From assembly GCF_056746865.1 (NCBI RefSeq), contig NZ_CM163382.1: a stretch of DNA of 64,000 nucleotides; one strand, 5' to 3'. A program made the position numbers and the translations under genes. The notes below the pieces were generated by a model. That model saw only the letters and a program-made list of their open reading frames with translations, searched no databases and was not told where the DNA came from. Shown piece by piece: positions 53,747 through 63,723 of this stretch. Each line of letters begins with the position of its first letter. Within the stretch, counting starts at the first letter, position 1.

Positions 53747-54949
53747 TCAATCCTGGTGCTCACGCAAAGTTGCCAGCCCCATAATAATAAGACCATAGAA
53801 CAAGCAAAGTAATACACCCACAGTCGCAAGATTATAGAATCGCCGTGGATATTCGGCATCTTCCGCTAAAGTTGGTTGGGTAATAACCAATAGGTGCTTA
53901 AGTTTACGATATGCCTCAACCCGCGTCTGCTCTAAGCTGATAAGGCCAGTTTTGTAGAGATCCGCTGCCAAGGTTGCCTGCGTTTGCACATCCATGTAAC
54001 CGGCGGTGATTTCATTCATGGCATCGTTATCTTGACCAGTCAGCTTAGCACGCTCCTGTTCAAGCTGCTTGGTTAGGGCGTCAACTCGGCTCTGTAATGA
54101 GACTACGGCCGGTGCGGTTTCCTTCATATAGCTGCGCAGTTGTTTTAGCTCCGCCTGTTGACGCACCAGCTCTCCTTCAATCTGGCTGACCACTCCTAAG
54201 CGTGCGCTGCTGGTAGATTCAGGGCTGAGAAGTTGGTGGCTATTCTGAAATGCTAATACTTTAGCTTTTTCATCCTGTAAGCGTTGATATGCTCTATTTA
54301 CTTCTTTTTCAACAAAGGCCAATTGTTCGAGCGCAACCTGATGACCTAATTTGTTAATAAAACGCTCCGATTCTTTGAGCATTAACTCAACAACTCGCTG
54401 ACCGTATTGGGGATCAAATGTCTGCAACTCAACGGTAAGTACTCCTGATAATTCATCAAGATGTAACGTCAAATGTTTGCGGTAATAATCAAGAAAATCC
54501 TCCCTACTGACTCCCTTATGCAACCGCGAGAAATAATCTGCACTATCACTCTGGAAATGTGCTTTAAGTGCAAGTTCTTTGTCCAACTTGGCCAGCATAT
54601 CCCATGACTTCATATAATCCTGAACGAGTAATATATCCTGATGATTACTACCACCGATCCCTAACATTGATAACGCATCAGGCAACATTTTAACTTGATC
54701 GGCTTGTTTAATCATTAATTCAGCCCGGCTCACATAACGATCGGAAGCAATGAAGCCAAAATAGAGCACTGCGATAGAAAAGCAGATAACTACCCAAAGA
54801 AAACTGCCTAGCTGTAAACTTTTCTTCCACGAGCGGTGTACAATTTGATATCCTCTCGAATCAATCAAAAATAGTTTTGGATTATTGCTCAGTTTTCTTA
54901 ACTTTCGCGCAAGGCGAGATATTGAGGATGAAGAATTCGGAGATGTCAT
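53747..54949 (-). CDS. kpsE: capsule export inner-membrane protein KpsE
   Basis: ORF 53747..55006; start at MTSPN (54949) avoids overlap with kpsT; N-terminal TM segment then long periplasmic helical region and C-terminal hydrophobic segment. Confidence 0.7.
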   Translation of the reverse strand: MTSPNSSSSISRLARKLRKLSNNPKLFLIDSRGYQIVHRSWKKSLQLGSFLWVVICFSIAVLYFGFIASDRYVSRAELMIKQADQVKMLPDALSMLGIGGSNHQDILLVQDYMKSWDMLAKLDKELALKAHFQSDSADYFSRLHKGVSREDFLDYYRKHLTLHLDELSGVLTVELQTFDPQYGQRVVELMLKESERFINKLGHQVALEQLAFVEKEVNRAYQRLQDEKAKVLAFQNSHQLLSPESTSSARLGVVSQIEGELVRQQAELKQLRSYMKETAPAVVSLQSRVDALTKQLEQERAKLTGQDNDAMNEITAGYMDVQTQATLAADLYKTGLISLEQTRVEAYRKLKHLLVITQPTLAEDAEYPRRFYNLATVGVLLCLFYGLIIMGLATLREHQD

Positions 54950-54962
54950 AATCAGTTGCTGC

Positions 54963-55613
54963 TCAAAGTGACTGGTAAATTTTGATGGCATCATCAATAT
55001 TATCAAAAACTTCTAATTTACCATCACGTAACAAGATGCCCATATCGCATTGTTGTCGTAGATTTTTCATATCATGTGAAACCATAATCAAACTAGCTGT
55101 TTCTCGCTTTTTGTTAAATACATCAATACATTTTTGTTTAAAACGTGCATCACCTACTGAGGTAATTTCATCGGTAAGATATATATCAAAATCAAAAGCC
55201 ATACTAACAGCAAAAGAAAATTTTGATTTCATGCCGCTAGAGTATGTTTTAATAGGCAACTCATAATGTTGTCCAATTTCAGAAAACTCTTTAACCCACT
55301 CTTCTACGGTGCTTGTATCGCGTACACCATGAATGCGGCAAACAAATCGCGTGTTTTCACGACCAGTCATACTACCTTGAAATCCCCCACCTAGTGCTAG
55401 AGGCCAAGATACTCGGCAGAGACGAGTTACTTTCCCCCTGTTAGGCGTATCCATCCCTCCTAACAAACGTAACAAAGTAGATTTTCCTGCTCCATTGATA
55501 CCTAGAATACCTATATTACGGTCCCTTGGTAGCTCAATATTTACATTCCTCAGGACATAATTTCGTCCAAATTTAGTCGGATAATATTTTGATACATTAT
55601 CAAGAATAATCAT
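54963..55613 (-). CDS. kpsT: capsule ABC transporter ATP-binding protein KpsT
   Basis: 216 aa; Walker A GINGAGKST, ABC signature YSSGMKSKF, Walker B IYLTDE. Confidence 0.9.
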   Translation of the reverse strand: MIILDNVSKYYPTKFGRNYVLRNVNIELPRDRNIGILGINGAGKSTLLRLLGGMDTPNRGKVTRLCRVSWPLALGGGFQGSMTGRENTRFVCRIHGVRDTSTVEEWVKEFSEIGQHYELPIKTYSSGMKSKFSFAVSMAFDFDIYLTDEITSVGDARFKQKCIDVFNKKRETASLIMVSHDMKNLRQQCDMGILLRDGKLEVFDNIDDAIKIYQSL

Positions 55614-55624
55614 TTTTCTTAACG

Positions 55625-56425
55625 CTAACTAGCAATCAATTGGCGATGCCGTAATCGGTAACAACTCATAGCAAAAGTGAGCAATAATAAGGTGACAACC
55701 GACAGATACGCCCAACTTACATCAGGACTACGATAACCAGATATCCATGCCCTTCGGATTAGTTCTACAGCATGCACAAGTGGATTCCATAAAAACCAAT
55801 GCTGATATTGAGGGGGAATAGTAGCAAGAGGAAACATAACACAAGAGATAAACATCAAAGGCATCATTAACAAGCTAAGAAATTTATCTGCCTCTTTCGC
55901 TAAGTTACAAATAACACAAAATACAATACCAAGAGAAAAAGAAAACAGCATCAGAAGAGAATAACCAAGGATCACTTGCAATGGATCCGCAGGTATTGCA
56001 TCAAAGCCAAACCACAATAATCCTAGTACTAGGATGATACCGACAATCATGCCCACCATTGTTTCTAGCATAAAACGTGCTATAAAAGTTGCAAAAGGAG
56101 TCACTTGTCTATAACAAAAAAGTCCCATATTAGCATTGACAGCAGATTTCAACTGAGTCACAACTTTATTGAAAAACATGAAAGGTAAATAACCAGCAGT
56201 AATAAAAACCTGGGCTGGGACACCACCAAAGCCACTTTGGCTTCTCATCCCAAATACTACACTGAACAGGCTAATCATTAATAATGGGTCAAGTAATGCC
56301 CAAGCATAACCTAGTCGGTAATTACCAAATCTTGTTTTTAGCTCACGAATTAATAAGCCAAATACTACATCACGTAATACTTGCAAAGAAGTGCGTGGAG
56401 TTTGACTAATAATGGGTTTGTCCAT
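55625..56425 (-). CDS. kpsM: capsule ABC transporter permease KpsM
   Basis: 266 aa; ABC-2 type permease with six predicted TM segments; immediately upstream of kpsT. Confidence 0.9.
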   Translation of the reverse strand: MDKPIISQTPRTSLQVLRDVVFGLLIRELKTRFGNYRLGYAWALLDPLLMISLFSVVFGMRSQSGFGGVPAQVFITAGYLPFMFFNKVVTQLKSAVNANMGLFCYRQVTPFATFIARFMLETMVGMIVGIILVLGLLWFGFDAIPADPLQVILGYSLLMLFSFSLGIVFCVICNLAKEADKFLSLLMMPLMFISCVMFPLATIPPQYQHWFLWNPLVHAVELIRRAWISGYRSPDVSWAYLSVVTLLLLTFAMSCYRLRHRQLIAS

Positions 56426-56491
56426 TAATACTTACCCAAATAATCGGCTCATTATAGCAACGAGCCTCCGATTAAAATTTAAAACACTCAA

Positions 56492-58237
56492 TCATTTAAT
56501 AGCAACGTTAGCAGCTACAGCGATTTGATAAATAATTTGTGTGATATCTTTAAATGATTGCATGGTTTTGCTATCAACCTGAGGTAGAACCAATATCTGA
56601 TCCCCCGGTTGTACTTTACCTTGCCCTTTAAATTCTACAAGACCATTTGCATGTACAATAGCAATTCGCTTGTCGTTAGCTCGCTCAGTAAAACCTCCGG
56701 CCCATGCAACATAATCATCCAAATTAGCATCGGCATTATATACTACTGCTTGTGGCATCAACACTTCACCACCCACTTGAATAAGATCAGTCTTATTTGG
56801 AATAACTATTTGATCGCCTTGTTCTAATTGGATATTGGCAATAACACCTTTATCTGCAACTACTACTTTACCAAGCGGTTGAACTTTACGAGCCTTTTCA
56901 ACAAACTGCATCACTAACTCTGCTTCTTTAGCACGTATATTCGCCTCACCATCAGATCGCGCGGGTGTGGTAAATACACTACGTTCCAAGCGGTTTAGAG
57001 ATTCATCCAGCATCTCTTTTTGTCTTGCAGCCACACTCTTTCGTATCAGATAAATTGATTGATAATCCGCAAGCTCTGGGTCAATAGGGATATAGTTCAA
57101 TAAATCATGCAATTTAGTTTGCTTACGAACCGTGAAATATGACGGTCCCATATAACTGCCTGATACTTGTATATCATATACTTGTGCATGCATGTCATCA
57201 TTAAAAAGTACTTTGTCACCGTCTTTAAGTTGAAGACGTGTAAAATCTTTATACGGCAAGTAGACGGAAAACGGGCCGCTTTCCCTGTCGCCAATCACAC
57301 CGACATGACTGACTTTTGCGAGAGGAAGTGCATAATTCACCAATTCAGAGCCTAATGCATTGCGCTGGGTAAGCTCAAATCGGAATGGGTTTCGAACCTT
57401 TCCCGCAACATTGATCATTGGACCTTGTTGCTCAACTAAAATCACATCTTGATCTTTTAATGCCAGCTTCGGGAGTTTCCCATACCGTATGAAATCATAA
57501 AGATCAATTTGCTGTATTACTCTATTTTGTCGTAACACCTTAATTTTTCGATAACTTCCACGGTCAGAATCTATTCCACCGGCACGTTTTAAAAAATACA
57601 ATATACTATCAGAAGATTGTCCTGCATACTGCCCAGGACGAATTACAGGCCCCGTAACGAATACACTTACAGGGGTTGCAGTCAAAAGATTTACGTAAGT
57701 ATTTACATTATTGGTAAATACATCACCGATCTTACTTGCCACCAACTGATTAACTTGGCTTGCAGGAACATTTTTTACATTTATTGGACCTACATCAGGT
57801 ATGAAAATATTTCCTTGATTATCTACCGTAACCACATTAGAGAAATTGACCGCTCCCCAAATCCAGATATTTAACTTATCCCCAGGAGCAATCAAATAAT
57901 TATCGCTTAAGCCGTCACTCCTTTCTGTTTCATAGCCTCCGGCAAATAAATTAGCACCATACGGAGGAGGTAAGCCTGCTTCAGATTGCGGCAGTAATTT
58001 TCGTACATCTGACTCTCCTGGAAGCAACATCCCATTACGATTCTGTTGTGTGAAGCTTCCTGTTGTGGAGGTTGTATTAGGCTGTCCAGTGATGTCTGCT
58101 AGCATTTTCCGAGACTCTCCTGTCGAGGCAGCAAGATCATAATCTAAATGTGAACCATTAGATTGATTTTGCTCTATTGCGGCGAATGCTGATGCAGAAA
58201 TAAGAAAGAGAAGAGTGCTAAGTTGCGAAATTTTCAT
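56492..58237 (-). CDS. kpsD: capsule polysaccharide export protein KpsD (Wza-like)
   Basis: 581 aa with signal peptide (MKISQLSTLLFLISASAFA); polysaccharide-export family regions; first recognisable kps gene of a kpsD-M-T-E block. Confidence 0.8.
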   Translation of the reverse strand: MKISQLSTLLFLISASAFAAIEQNQSNGSHLDYDLAASTGESRKMLADITGQPNTTSTTGSFTQQNRNGMLLPGESDVRKLLPQSEAGLPPPYGANLFAGGYETERSDGLSDNYLIAPGDKLNIWIWGAVNFSNVVTVDNQGNIFIPDVGPINVKNVPASQVNQLVASKIGDVFTNNVNTYVNLLTATPVSVFVTGPVIRPGQYAGQSSDSILYFLKRAGGIDSDRGSYRKIKVLRQNRVIQQIDLYDFIRYGKLPKLALKDQDVILVEQQGPMINVAGKVRNPFRFELTQRNALGSELVNYALPLAKVSHVGVIGDRESGPFSVYLPYKDFTRLQLKDGDKVLFNDDMHAQVYDIQVSGSYMGPSYFTVRKQTKLHDLLNYIPIDPELADYQSIYLIRKSVAARQKEMLDESLNRLERSVFTTPARSDGEANIRAKEAELVMQFVEKARKVQPLGKVVVADKGVIANIQLEQGDQIVIPNKTDLIQVGGEVLMPQAVVYNADANLDDYVAWAGGFTERANDKRIAIVHANGLVEFKGQGKVQPGDQILVLPQVDSKTMQSFKDITQIIYQIAVAANVAIK

Positions 58238-58263
58238 TATTTTCTAACCGTCTACCTTCAACT

Positions 58264-58635
58264 TTATTCTTCAATAAGCAAAGTGCTAACTGATGTTTGT
58301 TCCAACTGAGGTACTTGATACCACTTGTTATTCTCTTTACATACAACACTTCGCTTTGAATAATTTTTATTCATCGCATAACTTAACTTTATGCATTGAG
58401 AACCTAAAGCCGATATATACCTTTCCTCAATAGTATAAATTACGCCATTTTTGTTGAATGTCGTGCCTTGATCTTGGTTATTTAATGGTGCCTGCAAATC
58501 TTCAGGAATAAGAGAATAAGAAGAATTAATCGCTGTTACCAATGGACGAGAGGCTTCAACTTGTTTTGGATCATGTGCGCAGGCCGTTATAAAAAAGATT
58601 AGTGAAAATAATAAAATACGATGTGCAAGGTGCAT
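58264..58635 (-). CDS. putative small lipoprotein
   Basis: 123 aa; signal peptide with lipobox-like FITAC; directly upstream of and co-directional with kpsD. Confidence 0.45.
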   Translation of the reverse strand: MHLAHRILLFSLIFFITACAHDPKQVEASRPLVTAINSSYSLIPEDLQAPLNNQDQGTTFNKNGVIYTIEERYISALGSQCIKLSYAMNKNYSKRSVVCKENNKWYQVPQLEQTSVSTLLIEE

Positions 58636-59565
58636 TTTAAAACGTTATCCAAAAGTTGATAGTATGTAAAACAATTACCTTCTATTATTGATACTCTGAC
58701 AGATATCAATAATAGCCCATAAATATAAGATATTTAAAATTATAACCACACAAATTAATCATAGATGTTGCTAGTATAAGATTGACTTTAGTCAACTGGT
58801 GTTTACATCATCTGTTTATAACTAATTACGAATATATCCTTTATCTTTTGGATATGTACTACATATGCAACACACATCCCTAAAAATATTATTTTTATGG
58901 CCCCGTATATTGCTATCTTTTTTTTATAAAATTTAATAATAACAACCATATGGAAGAGAAAATCCCTCTTATACATAAAGAGGGATCAATTAAATAAATT
59001 TGTTTTGTAATGACTCAGTAAGGCATAGACGTTTTCATAAATTCTTAAATTACTATCCCCAAAAATCTAAGTCCTGAAAAACTTTAACACTCTAATATTT
59101 TCATGAGCCGTTCAGCACACCCTCAACTTCGATAAAAAATGCTAACTAGTAAATAATTGTCGCAATAATAATAGTCGTACTTTATCAATAACAGATAAAC
59201 AAAAATAATAAAAAAGAGGGGAGATACACTTGCGATAGAATGGCGGCTTCTTGCCCCCCTTTGCCCGGTCCTGACTAGCATGGCTGGAGTCAGTGTCAGG
59301 CCACGACCATGCTCATCATGGAAGCAGCTTTTGTAGTACACTTCGCAGCTTATTTTCCTGGAACGAAATGTCTGGCATCGTGGTGCATAACATAACCCCC
59401 AATGCCCAGCAGATGCACAGAAGGTTCTAGAATCGCCCACTGATATCCCATACAAAATTTACCAAAACGTGTTCGTATTTCTCGTATAAATAATGTCTCT
59501 ATGGTGACGTTCTAGACTTCAAACCCACTTTTTGAATTTGATGATGTGCTCCTAATCTCTTCAGG

Positions 59566-59577
59566 AATGCTACCGCC
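59566..59577 (-). promoter_or_regulatory. ops-like element (GGCGGTAGCATT on the minus strand) in the kps leader; candidate RfaH recruitment site
   Basis: Reverse complement of 59566-59577 reads GGCGGTAGCATT, matching the ops core GGCGGTAG; lies about 930 bp upstream of the first ORF of the kpsD-M-T-E block. Confidence 0.4.
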
Positions 59578-60062
59578 CCTGGCTTTACAGCTACCAATAC
59601 ACTGGAGGTATACTTATCTGCAACTGGATGAACTAGATATACTTGAGCAAACATTTCATAAGCTCGACGAACAGTTTTCGTAGAAATTATTTTCCTTATT
59701 TAAAATTCACTTATTGATTATCTCTAGGAATTTTACTAATTTCCAAGTCACATAAAATACAGATCACACAAGAATTATCCTATATGCTTTAACCTATCAA
59801 TTATTACTCAATGATTCATTACAACTATTAATAATCATAATGCGTCAAAACACTTAAGCAACTTTACAGTCTGAGAAAGGTGTCGATTCACAAGGACTGC
59901 ATAGTGAAAAACGAATTCCTACAGTATTATCGAACATTCCGTGGTGGTCTGGAGGGAGATAACCCTTGCTACATCGGAACTCAGCCCGGTGAGCGGGTTT
60001 GACAGTTCCGCACTCACCTTTGGGCTAAGGTTATCAGGTGGGGTTTAAGGGGATGGCAATAC

Positions 60063-60599
60063 TTACCCCCGTCCAAACTCCAGCCGCTGCACGTTCACCA
60101 TTCCAGCCTTTTCATCTGCACTGACATCAATTTGTGTCACCCGCAGCGCATACTTTTCATCCAGCGCGTTTAACCAGTTCAGCAGATCATTAAATACCAC
60201 AGGATCTATCCAGACCTGGATATTCTCCCCGCGCTCGGCTATCCGCTTAATGACCACTGAATGCGCCGAAGCACTGTCACTGATGACCCGCGATACCTGC
60301 GCAGGCGTTGTTGTGGCAGATTTTCGCGCTGCAATAATATCCGGCGCGGCGTTCTTCAGTCGGGTGTTCATCGCCACCAGCTGCTGCAATATTGTCTCCT
60401 GTTGCTCAATCCGTTCGCTCAACGGCTGCCAGATGAGGACGTAATATCCGACGCTAAACAGGAACACCACCGCTGCCAGTAACATGCCCTTTTCACGCGG
60501 AGAACGCCCCGCCAGGTGTTGTGCCAGCCAGTGTTCGCCACGGCTTAACTGGCGTTCACGCCATTGCTGAAAATAGTGAATAAATTTATCGCGTAACAT
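60063..60599 (-). CDS. gspM: type II secretion system protein GspM (YghD-like)
   Basis: 178 aa; single N-terminal TM helix; last gene of the gspH-to-M run. Confidence 0.8.
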   Translation of the reverse strand: MLRDKFIHYFQQWRERQLSRGEHWLAQHLAGRSPREKGMLLAAVVFLFSVGYYVLIWQPLSERIEQQETILQQLVAMNTRLKNAAPDIIAARKSATTTPAQVSRVISDSASAHSVVIKRIAERGENIQVWIDPVVFNDLLNWLNALDEKYALRVTQIDVSADEKAGMVNVQRLEFGRG

Positions 60600-60600
60600 G

Positions 60601-61779
60601 TTATTTCCTCCGCAACGTTACGCCGCCGGAAACCGCATCACCCTCTTTCTGTAACGCGTCCTGTTGCACAACATAATCTGCCGCCAGTGCGCTACGCAGT
60701 TTGTCGAAGCTGGCAAAGTTCGCAGCCCGTAGCTGAAGGTGAAGCGTCTGGCGTTTTTGATCAAAGTTGAAACCACGCATTTCGATGTCGGAAAGTGACG
60801 CTGATTTCAGGGCACTGGCGATCGCTGACAATTCTGCGAGCAGCCGGGTATCGTCGGCCTGTGGGCGATATTTTTTCAGCGCCATCGTCACCTGAGAGCG
60901 TAAATTCACAATCCGCTTCTGCTCCGGGAATAGCGTTAAGAACTGTTTCTCCGCCTGGGTGCGGCTTTGCGCCACCTGTTCGCTGACGCTCCATAACGTC
61001 ACGCCCCGTTCCACTACCAGCGCAACCAGAATCAGCAATACCGGCAGAATCATCACCCGCCAGCGCGCCCACTGTTTTCGGTAGCTGACACGAGGCTGCC
61101 ACGGCCCTGTTAGCAGGTTCCCTTTCGGTTCGCCATAAGTGGTAATGGCGGGCAGAGCCGTAACGGTCAGGCGTTCGGCGTCCGCACCAGCCCATGCAGA
61201 CAGTTCTTCCGGTGCAATGCCGACCACAGTTAGTGAAATCGGTAAATCCTGCTCATTGAGCTGTGCGCGGAACATGGCCGGAGCCAGCGCCCGCCCGGCG
61301 CTCCATCCCCGGCATTCATCGATGCGGCAGATAACCCGTTGCGCATCGCCAGCCATAAACCCACAAGGAATAGACATCCAGTCCGGCGCGACGGTAGCGC
61401 GGGTGATGCCGTTTGCCTGCAACCATTGCGCAATGTTGCGCATATGCTGCTGGTGAATCACAGCTACGGTTGCCAGTTGCTGGTCGATTTTCAACGGGGC
61501 GAAATGCAGTTCATCGATATCCTGGTTCAGCTCTTCTTCCAGCAAGGCGGGCAGAATCGTCGGTATCTGCTTGCGGGGCACATCAGGCAGTTCAACCTGC
61601 CAGACGCTGATCCATTCGCCGGGAATGTAGAGTCGAATCGCATCAGTTTGCAGCCATTGCTGGAGACGTTCGTCAGCAACGTCAGGCCAGATACCGTGCT
61701 CCACGTCGGGTGTATGGCGCTGCCAACGGATGGGATCAGCGGCGCAAAGCGGGAAAAAAATCTCAAGCATGGAACTCAC
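60601..61779 (-). CDS. gspL: type II secretion system protein GspL (YghE-like)
   Basis: 392 aa; position between gspK and gspM; central TM segment (…WRVMILPVLLILVALVV…). Confidence 0.8.
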   Translation of the reverse strand: MSSMLEIFFPLCAADPIRWQRHTPDVEHGIWPDVADERLQQWLQTDAIRLYIPGEWISVWQVELPDVPRKQIPTILPALLEEELNQDIDELHFAPLKIDQQLATVAVIHQQHMRNIAQWLQANGITRATVAPDWMSIPCGFMAGDAQRVICRIDECRGWSAGRALAPAMFRAQLNEQDLPISLTVVGIAPEELSAWAGADAERLTVTALPAITTYGEPKGNLLTGPWQPRVSYRKQWARWRVMILPVLLILVALVVERGVTLWSVSEQVAQSRTQAEKQFLTLFPEQKRIVNLRSQVTMALKKYRPQADDTRLLAELSAIASALKSASLSDIEMRGFNFDQKRQTLHLQLRAANFASFDKLRSALAADYVVQQDALQKEGDAVSGGVTLRRK

Positions 61780-61784
61780 TCACT

Positions 61785-62753
61785 TTATCCTGTCTGATGC
61801 CAGAGAACAGAAAAGTGTTGTGGGCCCATGCGGACAATTAACGAATTCATCGTCAGTTCAATCTCATTCACGGTGATATCTGAACGCAGCCAGAAGTAAT
61901 TGCTGTCCACGCTCAGGACGGTTTTTAGCTGTTTTTTAGTACGCTCATCGACGTCTGCAAGTAGCGGCTGAGCAAGAAATTGATCGACATCTTCCCAGCC
62001 CTTCGCCGGACGTTGTTGTAATAACGCCCGCGCCTGAACAGGGCTTAACCACGGGTCAAACAGCGCCTCAAGAATCACACTTTGCGTGACATCTAATGTA
62101 TTGATGTTGATTTGCTGGCGGGCCATCGGCAGCGCACAGACCAACGGTTTCAGTTTTTGATAAAGCCCGGCGTCCATTCCCTGTACCACGCGCATTTCGC
62201 TGATATCCGCCAGCGGTTGATTAGTGGCGTAGAACGGCACCGAGCGGGCGAGATACTCGCTGTCTTCACGACCCAGTCGCGTCTGCACGCTGCGGTCTTC
62301 GTCAATAAACTCCCACAGGCTTTCGGCTATCAGTTCGGCCCGATAAGCAGGCACATCAAGGCGCGAGATCAGGGCAATCAGTTGTTGTACCGCGAGCGGA
62401 CGCGACGCCGTCGTCGGCTGAGCGAGGGCATTCAGGTTAAAGCAGGCCTGTGCGTCACGCAGAGTGACGGCAATTTGCCCCTGCGGCAGTGGGAAAAAAC
62501 GCGGGCCAGAAGCCCACGGTTGTGCCAGATGCACACGCTTTTCATTTTTCAGGCTCAGACTGAGCGCGCTCAGCGCCAGGCTTTCTGCACTGGCGCTGTA
62601 CCACAGCGCCTGCTGGTACTCCTGCTGGCTGCGCGTTCGCCCAAGTTGCTGCTGCATCCGACTGGAAAGCGTGATGGTCACCAGCATCATAACCGCCAGC
62701 AATACCAGCACCACGACCAGTGCCATTCCGCGTTTTGGTGGTGAGGTGATCAT
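61785..62753 (-). CDS. gspK: type II secretion minor pseudopilin GspK
   Basis: 322 aa; N-terminal hydrophobic segment MALVVVLVLLAVMMLVTI; gene order. Confidence 0.8.
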   Translation of the reverse strand: MITSPPKRGMALVVVLVLLAVMMLVTITLSSRMQQQLGRTRSQQEYQQALWYSASAESLALSALSLSLKNEKRVHLAQPWASGPRFFPLPQGQIAVTLRDAQACFNLNALAQPTTASRPLAVQQLIALISRLDVPAYRAELIAESLWEFIDEDRSVQTRLGREDSEYLARSVPFYATNQPLADISEMRVVQGMDAGLYQKLKPLVCALPMARQQININTLDVTQSVILEALFDPWLSPVQARALLQQRPAKGWEDVDQFLAQPLLADVDERTKKQLKTVLSVDSNYFWLRSDITVNEIELTMNSLIVRMGPQHFSVLWHQTG

Positions 62754-63355
62754 GATAATTGCGGCCCACGTAACAACCAGATGCGTTCAATCTCGCCCCA
62801 TTGCGGCGAATGCAGAGTCATGCGCACCGCCACAGGGATCGCCTGCCCTGACGACCAACTCGCCTGCCAGCGCGTGCCGTCGTAGAACTGCAAACGGAGC
62901 GAATCCGCCGGAATTAATTTTTGCGTTGTTGGCTTCACGCTGCCCGCTGCATCGGTCAGCGGCCAGGCTAACCGTTCAAGGTAACCGTCATGAATGCGGT
63001 AACCGACAGTGAGCAGATTACTGCGCGGCAGGCGCATCAACGGATTAACCACGCCGCCACGCACAAAGCGCATCCCTTCACTCTCAGACGCCAGCACGCC
63101 AGCGCCCGCCAGTAACGCTGGTTCACGCTGGCCCTGATCGCCTCTTACCGGACGCGGCATCATTTGTGTCAGATCGTGGTTCAAAAAACTCATCGTTTGC
63201 TGCATGAGGTTTAGTTTTTGATCGTGTCCGGCGACGGCGCTATTCACGCGTGTAACGCCGTTTGTCACCTGCTGCGCCATCAGTGCCAGTGAGGCAAAAA
63301 TGGCTATCGCCACCAGCATTTCCAGTAACGTGAAACCAGTGCGAGCCCTTCTCAC
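62750..63355 (-). CDS. gspJ: type II secretion minor pseudopilin GspJ
   Basis: 201 aa; prepilin motif RTGFTLLEMLVAIAIF. Confidence 0.8.
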   Translation of the reverse strand: MRRARTGFTLLEMLVAIAIFASLALMAQQVTNGVTRVNSAVAGHDQKLNLMQQTMSFLNHDLTQMMPRPVRGDQGQREPALLAGAGVLASESEGMRFVRGGVVNPLMRLPRSNLLTVGYRIHDGYLERLAWPLTDAAGSVKPTTQKLIPADSLRLQFYDGTRWQASWSSGQAIPVAVRMTLHSPQWGEIERIWLLRGPQLS

Positions 63356-63723
63356 TGTTGGCCTCCCACGGCGCTAAACCAGGCGCGTCGTGACTGAATC
63401 ACTGGCGAAAAGTCGTCATGAAGACTGACTTCAATATCCACCGCCTGGAGCAGCACGTTACCGGTATTCAGAGGGATCGTTCGCCAGTACCAGCGGCTTC
63501 CTGCCATATCACTCTCGCCCTGGTGCCTGACCGCTCGTTGTTCACGGGTCATCAGGTAAAGCAGCGCAGTCTGGTTTTCAGCTACCCAGCCCGCTACCGT
63601 TTTCTCCTCAAGAACCTGCTGATTGTTTAGCGCGCCGCTGGCGATCTGTAATACCGCCGTGGCAGCCAGCGCAAAAATCGCCAGTGCGATCATCACTTCC
63701 AGCAAGGTAAATCCGCGCTTCAT
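63352..63723 (-). CDS. gspI: type II secretion minor pseudopilin GspI
   Basis: 123 aa; prepilin motif KRGFTLLEVMIALAIF. Confidence 0.8.
   Translation of the reverse strand: MKRGFTLLEVMIALAIFALAATAVLQIASGALNNQQVLEEKTVAGWVAENQTALLYLMTREQRAVRHQGESDMAGSRWYWRTIPLNTGNVLLQAVDIEVSLHDDFSPVIQSRRAWFSAVGGQQ

Noticed and set aside
59123-59455. 110-aa minus-strand ORF in the kps leader region
   Set aside because: Sits in AT-rich presumed promoter/leader sequence, has odd composition (Tyr/Cys-rich tail) and no motif; likely spurious.
59880-60060. Possible complete tRNA-Phe (pheV) adjacent to gspM, as in E. coli K-12
   Set aside because: I compared the interval by eye with the tRNA-Phe sequence and its reverse complement and found no match beyond a few bases; the only tRNA-Phe-derived sequence in the window is the 19-bp repeat at 3546-3564.
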